64,000 nucleotides of DNA. It comes from the human T2T-CHM13v2.0 reference genome, Homo sapiens. The notes under the pieces were generated by a model, which worked only from the letters and a program-made list of their open reading frames with translations, was not told the DNA's origin and searched no databases. The position numbers and the translations under genes are program-made. The stretch lies in the NCBI RefSeq assembly GCF_009914755.1, contig NC_060934.1; one strand, 5' to 3'. Shown one piece after another: positions 51,313 to 64,000 of this stretch (position 1 is the stretch's first letter; the number at the start of each line of letters is the position of its first letter).

Positions 51313-51989
51313 TGATCAGAGCCTAGTCTTGCAACTCCTAAGTCTAGCTGAGAACCAAGGCGTGTTCCCAAGTGTGCCTGGCCAGGCGCATAAAGATACA
51401 AAATCGATGCTTTAAAACTTGTGTACAGTGTGTTCTTTAGAAAGTCCCTGACGCTGTTGCCAAGAACCTGTTTGTGTTAGGGAAATGCCTAATCCACACT
51501 GTCCTCCAGCCACACCAGGTTGGGGAGTCTAAGTGAAGATGTAAGGGGTGGCACTGGTTTTAAAAACAAAAACAGAATCATGGTTTCTGCCTCTGAGAAC
51601 CTGCTCCCACCCCGGTACAATGGCTGCTTCCAAAGAGGTCCTGCTGCTGTGTGCTGTGTTCCCAGGAGTGGCCATGAAGATTCCACTTGTGCTGTGAGCA
51701 TGTATAGTCATACCTCCTGCATGCACGGGAGACACACACTGTTCCTCTGCCCCAGAAACTGCCAGGCCGATGTTGGAGCCGCTGCCCTCCAAACAAGACT
51801 GGTTTCAGGCTTGCAGTTCCCATTTCCCACAGCACTTTGTGATAATAGTTCATTTGACTTACTCTTTGTTGTTTTCTCCTGTTTTGATCAGGAGCCTTGG
51901 ATAGGCCTGAAGATTATTGCATTGGTATTGTATTAGATTAAAAAATTGGCTCTCGTAAACTGGTACTTCCTGATTGGAAGGCGGCTGTT

Positions 51990-52440
51990 TAAATTTATTC
52001 ATGTGCTTTGACCTAGGAATTTCCACTTTACAGAGTTTATCCCAGGAATACTCATACATGTTTGCAAAGGTAGGGATTCATCATAGCATTGTTTATTATA
52101 ACTCCGTAATAGAATATTAGTTGAGTTATGGTACATTCATAGAGTGGGATGTTATATATGGCTTAAAATGAATTTTGTAAGTGTGAATATGGAAAGGTAT
52201 CCAAAAATATATAACAAAGAACAGTATGGTAAGAATGCACCAATGTTTGTTTATAGCATATGTAGTGTGGGAACTCCAAGGGAGAAATGAATGATTTAAT
52301 CTGGAAAAATGTGTTGTAATAGTTGGGAGCACGAGTGTACCTTGTGGAGGGAATGTAACCTTGCTATGGAGGACTTTCTGCTTTCTAACTTTTACATCTG
52401 TGTAAATCTGTATAAATGTTTAGTTAGATGTATTGCTTTT
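51990..52440 (+). mobile_element. Old L1ME-type 3' fragment
   Basis: TTTGACCTAGGAATTTCCACTTT...TTATGGTACATTCATAGAGTGG. Confidence 0.6.
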
Positions 52441-52726
52441 GCAATCAGAAAAACTACAAACTAAACAACAAAAACTTACCCTTGTTAGTGACTCATCCAG
52501 TGCCCTTAGTGACCAACTCTGACCCCAATTCTCTTCTAGGAGGGCAGTCTCTCCATCTTTATGCTGCTCAGAGGCTTCAGGAGAGGACTGCAGCTTCCTT
52601 TTCACCCTGGGGGAGACTCTGAATCCTGGCCATAGCCAGCAGCACCAAGGAGCCCACTCAGTCTTCTGCCATCTGGGTTCCTGTCCAAATTAAACCCTGG
52701 CTCCTCTTCTCCCTTCACTGGTCCAG

Positions 52727-52727
<1 letters not shown>

Positions 52728-52776
<49 letters not shown>

Positions 52777-52889
52777 TGTGCGTGTGCTCTCATTCACACA
52801 CAGGCACATGACCCATTCTCACAACCCATTCACAAGCATACATGCCCATTCACACACACACACACACAAACACACAAACACACACACAC
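52728..52889. repeat. Compound (CA)n microsatellite
   Basis: (CA)~22 followed by degenerate CA-rich runs. Confidence 0.95.
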
Positions 52890-54694
52890 TGGCATTTAGG
52901 TCTTTGCTCTCAAACCTTCTCTGCAAACATGCTGTGTTGTCCAGTTTTCCAGCTGTCAGCAGGTTATTAAGAAGGCCTGATAGTGAAGAAGGAGACAGAA
53001 AAACTACAGAAACATAAGCTGAGACCCCAGAAAACACCACAGTTCAAACTCTGTTTAGTGTTGGTGCACATAGTTCACTGCAGGCAGTAGCCACTGCATT
53101 GCATCAATACCGTCCATGGGGTTTAGGACAATGACTTTGGGTGGCCATCAAGAAGAAGCAAAATACTGCTTAAAATGCTGTGTTTAGGAAGGCAGGATTG
53201 TGTGTAATACGTTTTTAGAATGTTATTAAAATTGCTTTGACAGTGTGATACATTAAATTGTCAGTTATCTGGAAATTCTCTGATGCTGAACCAGTGATGA
53301 CTTTAAAGCCAATATCTATATTCCTGAGACCCTTTGTCCAAAACATAAAACATTAACTTGAGGCCAGAAGTCTTTCAGAAACCCTTCCCCACTGTTGCAG
53401 TATTCTGAATTAGCAAATCTGCATAGGCCAACACTGACTGAAAGGACCTCTTGGTTTTGTTCTGAGGAAGGAGTGAAATTTCCACAGCCTGCATATCACA
53501 ATAGGCCTTGTGGTTCATTCATTGTTATTAGATTGAATTATAATGAGAAGAAGCCTTTGTGCCTCTGGGCTCCCTGTCTTGGTCCACAGGGTTGGAACCA
53601 CAGTATCAGAAACAATTTCTAAGACACATTAGTACACTTTTTAAAAGTATATTTGTGTCTTATACAGAGGAGAACTGAAATCCTTTTAATATTTGGGGGC
53701 TTTAAAGTAGTAATTAAATGCCACAGACCCTGTCACGAATTTATTAATGATCTTTGAAAAATCTACCATGTCAGCTGCAGCACCAGCTGCCCCTGGGGTG
53801 CTTGGATAGAGTGAGTTTTGTCAGTCGAGCGTTGTTGGTAGCTGGATGGATTGAGGCAGGAGAATGTTGGAGTGAAGAACTGGGCAGGTGTTAGAGATAA
53901 TGCCACCTGGCTGGGCATAGCGCCCATGGAATCCATCCCCTGAGTAGCTTTACAGTCTGTCCTGCCTGAGTCCATCCCACTCCTGTGGAAGCACCCAGAT
54001 GTCACGGTTTTTTAAAACTTCCTAGGTGAGTCTAATATGCAGCCAGGTTGAGTGGTGGCTGTGCCACCTCCCGGCTTGTGACCTTGGGCACTTAAGTTAC
54101 ACATCCCCTCTAACCCTCTGTTTTGTCGAAGCCTTGTGGTAAGAATTAACTGAAAGAATGCATGTGACACCTAAGTGCTCCATAAATATGAATGAATATG
54201 TGTGTATTTCAATGTGATAATATTTATTAAGATACACACATACATATGTTACATATATAGAAGGAAAATTTGCTGTGACCCACAGGGTCATATGTGTAAA
54301 TAAATAACGTAGGTCACAAGGAAGTTGAAACCAGCTTCAGAGATTTTCCAAAACAAAGTACAATGTCTGTGGGAGCCTATCAGAGTTCTTGGTAAAGCAG
54401 AGTGAAGTTAAACCTTCCCTGCAGGAAAGAGCAGCAAAACAAGTGCTGACAGTTGCCAGCAGTTGAGAGGATCCTAGCCCCTCAAGTTCTGTTCTGGATC
54501 TAGCCCCACCTGGGCCTGGTGGTGGCTCTTGGTGGGTGCCACTTAGTCAGGACATCCAACTCCTCCCCTTCCTTCTGTTAAGTACCAGCTATTACCTAGT
54601 GGTGAAGATGAAGGAAAGTAAATTGGACCGACTATCTTTATAGACTCATTGTTTCCTATACATATGTATGTACATTGTCAGATTTATGCTGTCC

Positions 54695-55480
54695 TTTCAT
54701 TCATTTAATGGATATTCATTATGTATTTACTGCATAGCAGGCATTGAGTTAAAATGTGGAACAAAGCAGATGCTGTCACTGCTCTTGTGTTCTTTACAGT
54801 CTAATGGGAGAGATGGGCATTCACAACCGAGATCAAGCCACCCCAATGAGTGGCAGGTATGTTCCTTGATTGCCTAAAACAGAGAGAACCTGATCCCGAC
54901 TGGGGCTCCAGGAAGATTTTGCTGAAGACACTGTGATTGAGCTGAGACCTGAAGGGTGGTTGGGTGTATAGTGGTGGTAGGGGGTGTTCTGGAGTAGAAG
55001 GAAGGCCTGTGTGTTGTTGCCATCCAGGAACTGCAGGAAAGCCAGTCTGGCTGGAATGAGAGAGCGTGCACATGTGTGTGTGCGTGATGAGGGTGAGCCC
55101 TGAGAGGTAGGCAGGAGCAGATTAAACATGGCTGTGTAGGCTATATTAATAATTTTGGTATTTTTACTTAGAGGAGTGAGAAGCCATTGAAGGGGTTTAA
55201 GCAAGGGGTAAGGGTGAAGGCAGAGAGAGAGAGAGAGAATGGGGTAGACAGACAGAGCTGGCAGGCTCCTCCAGAGAGTGGATCAGAATGACTGAGACTG
55301 GATATGTGGGGAGGAGTTGTGGTCTAGGTGGAAGATGGTGGAAGTGAAGAGAAGTGATGTGTTTGAGAGAGATTTAGGTGGTGGCATTGACAGGACATGG
55401 TTTAGAGATGTGTTGGGTGCTGCGTTCTGGTTTGTGCAATGGGATGATGGTTGCATGCACTGCAGGAACAGTGGAGGAAG
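54695..55480 (-). mobile_element. L2 3' region
   Basis: TTCATTCATTTAATGG...GCTGAGACCTGAAGG...GAGAAGCCATTGAAGGGGTTTAAGCA. Confidence 0.75.
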
Positions 55481-55759
55481 ACCAAGTTGGGAAAGTACCC
55501 TGAACCCACTCTAGGGCAGCAAGCCTTTGGGCCCCTTACTTAGGGCAAGGCACAAGTATTCTTTTTTAACCTAAACAATTTGAGGAACAAGCACATTATA
55601 TTTAGTTGTAATAATTTTTCCTGTTATATTTGTTTTGGTTGGGGATTTTAAAAATTCGTTTTGCTCAAAAATAATGTGTTTCTAGTCACCTTCTACCAGA
55701 ATCTTACCAGGTCCTAGCAGTCTAACCAGGCTGGGTAGTGAAGTGTATTCTTTGACTTT

Positions 55760-56130
55760 GTGATTTTCTTCATATTCTTGTATTTCAATCAAAGCAACAT
55801 ATTGAAACAGATTGAACGCTGAAGCAGACAGGGGAACCTAGTTGTTTTCTCTTAAGCCAGACATTTGGTTTTCAAAAATGTAAAACAGCATCATCTCACC
55901 AGTTTTTGTTTTGAGAAAGTTATTTTTGTAGAAATAGGTTTTATTATAACATAAATGAACTTACTATTGTTATCTTAAAATGAATAAAGAAATATCATTA
56001 AAATTTCTCAGTTTTAATTTCCAATTTCATAAATACCAAAAGATAGAACCCATATAAACCATAGCTTTTTGGGGTCTTCAATAATTTTGAGTTATAAAGG
56101 AGTCCTGAGACAAAAGAGTTTGAAAATATT
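55760..56130 (+). mobile_element. Charlie1-family 3' terminal fragment
   Basis: CAACATATTGAAACAGATTGAACGCTGAAGCAG...GGAGTCCTGAGACAAAAGAGTTTGAAAA; reverse-complement similar to the element at 2741-4560. Confidence 0.65.
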
Positions 56131-56671
56131 TGACATGTGTCATCCTAGGGTTTGTGATAGTAGGCAAATTATTTAAACTCTTAACCTCAGTTTACGTATC
56201 TGTAAAACAGGGAGAAAATGGGGTTGCTGTGAAAATGGAGTATGCAGGTAATGTACTGTAACGTCCCTAGTTCAGTTGCTGGTATGTAGTAACTGGTAAA
56301 TTGGTAGCTGCATTTGTGGTTGCTGTTATTGGGTCATTTCATCTACATTGCAAACTCTTCTAGGTATGTGGCCATGTATTATAAAAGAAATTTCTGTTGT
56401 TGCTACAACAGGTGTTTAATAAAAGCCTTTTAAACAAGTGAATTGCAAAATTTCTAGGGAGTATGATTTTCTGAAATAATCCTTGATTATTCAGCCGCTA
56501 ACCTTGAATATTTGACTTACAGTTCAGTAGTGACTGGCTCTGTTAGTAGCAGATTTAGCATGAAATGAAAGAACAGCTTTGGAACATAGAAGACTTTGCA
56601 TGTCCCATTTGTTCTGTTCCTAAGTCCCTCCTTATCTCAGTTTCATCATTACAAAAAAAAAGTGATGAGAT

Positions 56672-57170
<499 letters not shown>

Positions 57171-57444
57171 TCACTTTAGAAATAGATTAACCACATAATA
57201 ACAACTGTAGTGTAGAGTATTAACTACTTAACAAAAGAGGATTGAGGGTGGAAGTTTAACTGTTATTTCAATGTCCATTGGAATTGAGGATAATGGTTAT
57301 TTGAAATTTAACAGAATTTAATAAGAAAAAGATTTCTTTGCTCATGTGTATCACTAGCATAACTATGTAGGTGGGCATAATTTTATGTGGTAGGGATATT
57401 TCAAAAAATGTTACGTATATAGAATTTTTAAAAAAATTTAATAC

Positions 57445-57746
<302 letters not shown>

Positions 57747-57914
57747 TTAATACTTACATTAATCTTTGGTCATAAACCTTTCTGGTGAATATGTTTATAA
57801 ACTAAGCCTGCTAATTTCAGAGAAGCATAATTTAAATTACTCCATTACTGTTCTTTAAATGTTTTCCACCCATGCTTGATCTTGGAAGTGAAATTGCTCA
57901 CACTTGGAAGCATC

Positions 57915-58014
57915 CTTCACTCCTCCCCTCCTCCTCTCCTCCCATCTTCCCCTCCTCCCCCCACATCTTCCCCCCCTCCCCCTCCCCCTCCCCCTTCCCC
58001 TCCCCTCCCCTCCC

Positions 58015-58060
<46 letters not shown>
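57915..58060. repeat. Polypyrimidine tract: (CCCCT)n followed by (CT)n
   Basis: About 145 nt almost exclusively C/T. Confidence 0.95.
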
Positions 58061-58064
<4 letters not shown>

Positions 58065-59664
58065 TCACTCATCCCCCTCCTCACACCACTCTGTGTGTGG
58101 TGGTGGGGGAGAGAGAGAGAAACATTTCTTGAGGTTGTAGCACAGTCTGTCATTGCTCTAACCTTTGAATTCTGTCTGATCTGTCCGTCAAATGCTTTGG
58201 AAATGAATGCTGTATTTTTAACTTCGTTTTCATTGACTGAACTGTCATTCTTTAGAGTTTTGATACGTGTTCTTCCTGCAGAATCCAGTAAAGCCATGCT
58301 CGTTTTGTTGGGGAAAAAGAAGCACCCTAAGCATCGGGTCCCAGGCTCAGGCTTGGAGCCTCATAGGCTACGTTAGACCTCGGTTCCACCACTCACAGGG
58401 TGTGGCCTTCTTAGGTTGGTTACTTAGCCTCCTAGTTTTTTGTTGTTTTTTTCTCCTAGCCTCTAAACCACCAGAGATTAGCCTCCTATTGTGATCCTCT
58501 GTTTTTACATCTGTAAAATAAAGACATCATGGATTTGTTGGTATGGAAGTTTATAAGGTATTCAGTTCTGTGTCTGAGAAAAATTATGGTTCATTTTCTC
58601 TTGTCAAGGAGTGGCACCAGCAAAGATAAGGAGGTCATATTATGGAGCGAATGTCAGTGCGAGAATCATCTTGCATATCAGTAACTTAAATAGTTGATTC
58701 ATGTGGCGTATTTTTATTAGTATAAGCTAACCCAGATTGTCTAAGTGTAGGGGAAGGATCATTAGATTTGAATTGTAAGTGCTGTGTTGGAATCTTGGCT
58801 CCGTGACTTGCTGTTCTGCTTTGGGAAGGTGTTTTAATTTCTCTCCACTTCAGTGTCTTGATTTGTAAAATGAGAATAATGATAGCTACCTCTTAATGTG
58901 GTTAAGATGACTGTTGAGATGATTAAATGAGATTATACCAAAGAACCTAAGAGTGCTGATACTCAGTAAGCACTAATAAATGGGGATTCTCTAGATTTTG
59001 TAAGTAAATGACCAATATTTCTGTCAAACTGCTTACCTTTGACTGAAACTTTGAACTTTAGTGAGACCTTCATATAATTTTCATGACACTTGACTTAATA
59101 ACTGAACATACTGTGCTATGCTTTGGGTATAAGAGTATGATACTTTTGTGTATTTTGTAATATTTAAGTACTTCTTCCTAATAAGCTGTTGGGTAGAGCA
59201 TATATATCTGTCCACCAGCCATCTTATTGAGAGAGACAATCTGTTCCTTCCACTGAAAGCTTAGGATCACAAGCTGAAATTTCCTTAATATGAAAACAAA
59301 AACAAGTTCACATTTTGGGTTTCATAAATTTAATTATGGTTAACTTTGGAAATTAAAATGTTTTCTGAAAAGTAACTTTTCTGTTCTCCCTAGGAAAAAT
59401 CCATTATTAGAATGTAAGAGACAAAACAAATCTTTTAATTATACAGCAAAGGTGCCCCAGGGCTCAGTGTGTTCCTTTGCTGTCTTTTTTGCCAGCATCT
59501 TATTTGATCCTTAATGTGTCTGGAATGTGGTTAAGAATACTAAAAAATATTTTGAACTAGACTAACGTGCCATTAGCATTACCACCTTGGTTTTACCAGC
59601 TGAGTGAGCATTCAGATTCTTGATGTGCATATGAGGTTAACATCTCTTTAAGATACTGCCTGTA

Positions 59665-59800
59665 GGCTGGGCACGGTGGCTCATACCTGTAATCCCAGCA
59701 CTTTGGGAGGCTGAGGTGGGAAGATCCCTTGAACCCAGGAGTTAAAGACCAGCCTGGGCAACATAGTGAGATCCCTGTCTCTACAAAAAATAATAAAAAA
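59665..59800 (+). mobile_element. FLAM_C
   Basis: Alu monomer; TSD AAGATACT(G/A)CCTGTA. Confidence 0.9.
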
Positions 59801-60224
59801 GATACTACCTGTAAACTAAGGTGGGGTTTTTCATTGATTATCTCCCTCCTCCTATTGTAAAACGTTTTGAATGAAATAAAATACATTTTTCCTTTGTACT
59901 CTCTTCTCAGCTTTTAAATTTACTTTTTTCAAGTCCTAGAATGTTTTTCAGCCTTATTTTTATTTATCTAATAAAACCTCTATTTTGGGGTTTCTTTTCA
60001 TACCTTCAGTACCATAAGAAGATTTCAGGGTAGTTATTTGACAGGTTCTTGTCAAATAGTATAACACAACAGTCATCAAAGAAAAGGTGTGGAAAATAAT
60101 GTTCAGTGTTCCAAAGTAGAAAAATTAGATATGTTAGTTATTGTAAATAAAAAGATAAAAACATGGATTTTCTAGTGTATGATACATGTATTAGTCTTGG
60201 TTCTACCATCTTAAGAAATAGTGG

Positions 60225-60511
<287 letters not shown>

Positions 60512-63465
60512 AAGAAATAGTTGTTTCTGAAAGTGATGCATGTTACCACAGGAATTTGACTAGTAGTGGCAGTATTTCCTTGTATGCGAACTTAAGTGCT
60601 ACAAATCTCATCAGTCATATTTACACACTTGTGAGTGACAGGGAAGGGGAGCAAGAGCCTGCCTGTGAATTGTCTTTGCTGGAAAATAATCTTCTATTAA
60701 TTTATTCTCTTTAGGGTATTAAAAACCAGTGACATGTAGCATGAAGGCGGATGAGGCCCATATTGCTAATGTGATGCAGATGTGGACGTTCATTGTGGCT
60801 TTGGTTTTTACCCACAAAGGCTGTAAGTCTGGAAAAGACTGGCCCATTGCCATGAGTAATTATGTTGTCTCCCTCTGTCTGAAATGGGGATTTGGGTGTG
60901 ATGGGTTCAGGGAAAAGTGATGGCTGTGTAATCTCTCCACTCACAAATGCGTTATGACCCTGATGGAGTGCCCAGCTGAGCGCACTGTGGAGTGGCGCAT
61001 CCTCAGGGACAGAGCCTGGCTATGGACAGGAGAGTTTTGTCCTGCTCTTACTTTTGGGACTAATACTACACATATATGATTTTATGATTTTAGAGACTTG
61101 CATTATTTGACAAATGGTATTTAAAAAAGTTTTCAAATGGGAAGTGTTTAATTTTGAACTCTGTTTTTCTTGGTGTAAATTTTGCCCTTAAGTGATCCTT
61201 TGTCAAACACTTTTTACAAAACATTTAAGAGCAAGACTCTCCTTTCCACTTAGGAAGTATCACTCTTTATTCAGAGGGATGCTTTGAATGAAACCAATAA
61301 GTAGGTATTTTCAGAATGACTTCCCCTGTTTGCCTTGTTCATATCACAGTTCTGAGAATGACTGTATTTTTTGACCCATGTCTAGGCACATTTGCCCTTC
61401 TCAGCTGGGGCTGCTGCTTGGATAAGACTCTTTTCTGCTCTCTCAGTTATTTATTGCTTCTGTTTTTCTCCCCTTTCCTCACTTTGTGCCCCTTATACTT
61501 TCTTTCTACTTAATGTATCTCCTGCTTCTCGACTCCTTTTTACTTTGAGAATGTCAGAGAACAGAATGATCTGTGCTGAGCGCTGTGAGATGATGGACTG
61601 GTGAAGAAGGCAGGGGGCGAGGAGGCAAATGAGGAAACCCAAAGCCCCCCTGCCTTGCAGAGGCTGCACCTGGATTGGGGCAATGAGTTGAGGCATCAAC
61701 ATGTGGATTTCATGAGTCTGAGAGATGACTGGGGAGAGTGTCTATCCAGGGCCAATAAACAGAAGAGGATGGTTGGAAACATGGATTTTAAGGCTAGGAG
61801 TTGGAAGCTCCAGGTCCCTATCTCTGCCAGGGCCTTCAGTAGCTACAGGGTAAGACACTTACACTTACCTGGTAATCAGTTTCCTTGTCTGTGAGATAAT
61901 GGAAATAACTATCTGTTCTACCTATGGACAGGCTTATTGTGAAATTGAAATAAGATAGGATGTACATAAAGGCCCCTTGTAAGGGATTAAGCCCAATGTG
62001 TGGAATAAACCTGCCCCATACCCTTGGGGAACAGTGTGGCCTAGTGGGTCATATCGGGCTGTCTCATAGGCCCGTGTGGCCCATCTGCGTGGAGGACTGG
62101 TTCTACCTGAGGATAAGTAATATGAGAGATGATTTCTATACTAAAATAATCACACACGTTGTCTTGTACAATACAATGCTTAACCTTTATTTTAAAGATA
62201 AAACATGGCACAGTCAAGCTGCCGTTACAGCTCTGTGTTCTTTCTGGGTTACCTGTTTACACACTTTTGTATATTAGACTATTTCAGTCACAGACCTTGC
62301 GAGCTGTTGGTACAATCAGAAGCTTTTGTGTTGAGGACTCAGTGGACATGTGCTCAGAGGCTCTCATTAAATCTCTCTGGGCCTCAGGTTCTTCCTCTCT
62401 GCTGTGGGAACCAAATGCTAGGTATTGGTGAGAATTAAATGGGAGAACATCTGGCACAGATAATGGCTAAGATGTTTAAGTTCCTCCTCCTAATTATGAT
62501 GGTAGTAGTGACGATGGATAGTGCCTCCTGTAGTTCGGAAGGAGGAAGTTAATTCTGGGTGGGAGGTGGTCAGCAGAAGTTCCAGAAAGGAAGGAAGTTC
62601 GGTTATGAAAGAGGGATGAAATTTGGATAGTGGACAAGAGACAGTTTCAGGTGGAGAGAGAAGCCCAGACATGGGAGCTGGAGAGTTGGGCAGGGGTGGG
62701 GCAGCAGCAGCAGCCAGGCCATGGGGAAGTGTGACATGGGGACTGGGCAAGGCCAGGAGGGAAGCCCAGGAGTGACTTGTGGGACCCTGAGTGCCAAGCA
62801 GGGATTTGGACATCGCCTTTTGGAAAGGCAGGGCTTTAGAAAGGTGTGTGCGGTGGTGGGATGCAGTGTTCACAATTTCCTGGTGAGCTGATCCTTATGG
62901 GTCCCCCACCCCTCAGCAGGTATCTAGAAAGATTATCTTGGGCATAAAGTGACCTCTGCCCTCCCTGTTTGTCAGAAGCTCTTGCTCCTGGCTCTTGGGG
63001 TTAGGTTTTCTGCTGCTGCTGGCTTTACCCTGCAGTTGGTTGAAGGGTTTCCAGTTAGTCTTTGGAGGCTGACAGTGTAGGACCTGGTTTCACCTGAGCT
63101 TGGGGCCCTGCTCCAGGGAGAGAGCTGTTGTGGGGGTCATGATGTTTCTGGGGTTGTGGATCTCTGACTTGTGGCAGAGCTTCGTGGAAGGACACTGGAG
63201 GCACAGCACTTGCTCTTACCCACATGTTGCTCTTTTCCTCCATGACTTTGAGATCCTTAAATACGTTACCTTTTTAGAACTGGTGGTGGCTTTGACTTCT
63301 GTACGTTGGATGAAAATGAAATCTGTACGTTGGATGAAAATGAAATCTTCAAAAATCTTAAAATGAGTTAATTTTTTCCTGTTTCTTTTTTTCCTTCTCT
63401 GTTGGTGATTTGGTTTACAGGTTCATGATCTATAATATTCAGTTTTAAGTTTTATATTTGGTAAC

Positions 63466-63819
63466 TGTATTAATCTTTTCTCACACTGCTAATAAAGATA
63501 TACCTGAGACTGGGTAATTTATAAAGAAAAAGAGGTTTAATGGACTCACAGTTCCACATGGCTGGAGAGGCCTGACAATCATGGCGGAAGGCGGAAGACA
63601 TGTCTTACGTGTCAGCAGGCAAGAGAAGAAATGACAGCAGGGGAAATGTCAAACGCTTATAAAACCATCAGAACTTGTGAGAACTCACTATCATGAGAAC
63701 AGTATGAGGGAAACCACCCCCACGATTCAGTTATCTCCACCCGGCCCCACCATTGACACATGGGGATTATTACAATTCAAGGTGAAATTTGGGTGGGGAC
63801 ACAGAGCCAAATCATATCA
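63466..63819 (-). mobile_element. THE1C/D-like MaLR solo LTR
   Basis: TGTATTA...GAGACTGGGTAATTTATAAAGAAAA...GGGGACACAGAGCCAAATCATATCA. Confidence 0.88.
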
Positions 63820-64000
63820 GTGTCACTTGACGGAACTGGGTTTGCAATGCCAGGATCCTTGAGAGTCTGATGTCACATTTGCTGTGTCTTCAGGCAAAGG
63901 CCTAATAATTTGAAATCAAATTTTTCCCTAGGTGTGGCCTTAGGATCAACATTCATAGAACACTTTTCAATAAATTATTATTTGGCTATTTAAAGTATCA

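Noticed and set aside
57872-58376. Pro/Ser-rich and Gly/Glu-Arg-rich ORFs
   Set aside because: They are translations of the simple C/T repeat tract.
59394-59451. Good acceptor (TTTTCTGTTCTCCCTAG|G) with possible 20-nt or 58-nt exon
   Set aside because: The donors are mediocre, neither length preserves frame and I do not recognise the peptide.

Overview
Primate, almost certainly human, non-coding genomic DNA. It carries a consensus-like AluYa5, an SVA and a HERV-H, and looks like a large intron of an unidentified plus-strand gene (T/G-rich plus strand, LTRs almost all antisense). I could not support any host protein-coding exon, tRNA, rRNA or CRISPR array. The ORF-track entries are chance ORFs, Alu-derived ORFs or fragments of a defective provirus. 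The centrepiece is a minus-strand HERV-H provirus (28226-35373, LTR7B-type LTRs, TSD GTAAT) with four unusual features: (i) a 5'-truncated SVA inserted co-oriented in gag with a 17-bp TSD; (ii) a 173-bp copy of its own pro region templated into RT; (iii) a Phe-like rather than His-like PBS; (iv) reciprocal loss of the TATA box (5' LTR) and poly(A) signal (3' LTR). An E-box/RUNX/AP-1 motif cluster lies just outside the 5' LTR. Elsewhere there is a three-level transposon nest, an AP-1-bearing LTR10 solo LTR, a perfect 21-bp hairpin overlapping a 20-mer repeated exactly 1 kb away, a 48-49-bp minisatellite with higher-order structure, and many Alu, MIR, L2, L3, MaLR and MER elements. Repeat family names come from my recall of consensus sequences, not from a RepeatMasker or Dfam run. 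I see no proven new biological system; the HERV-H/SVA composite is the best candidate for follow-up.
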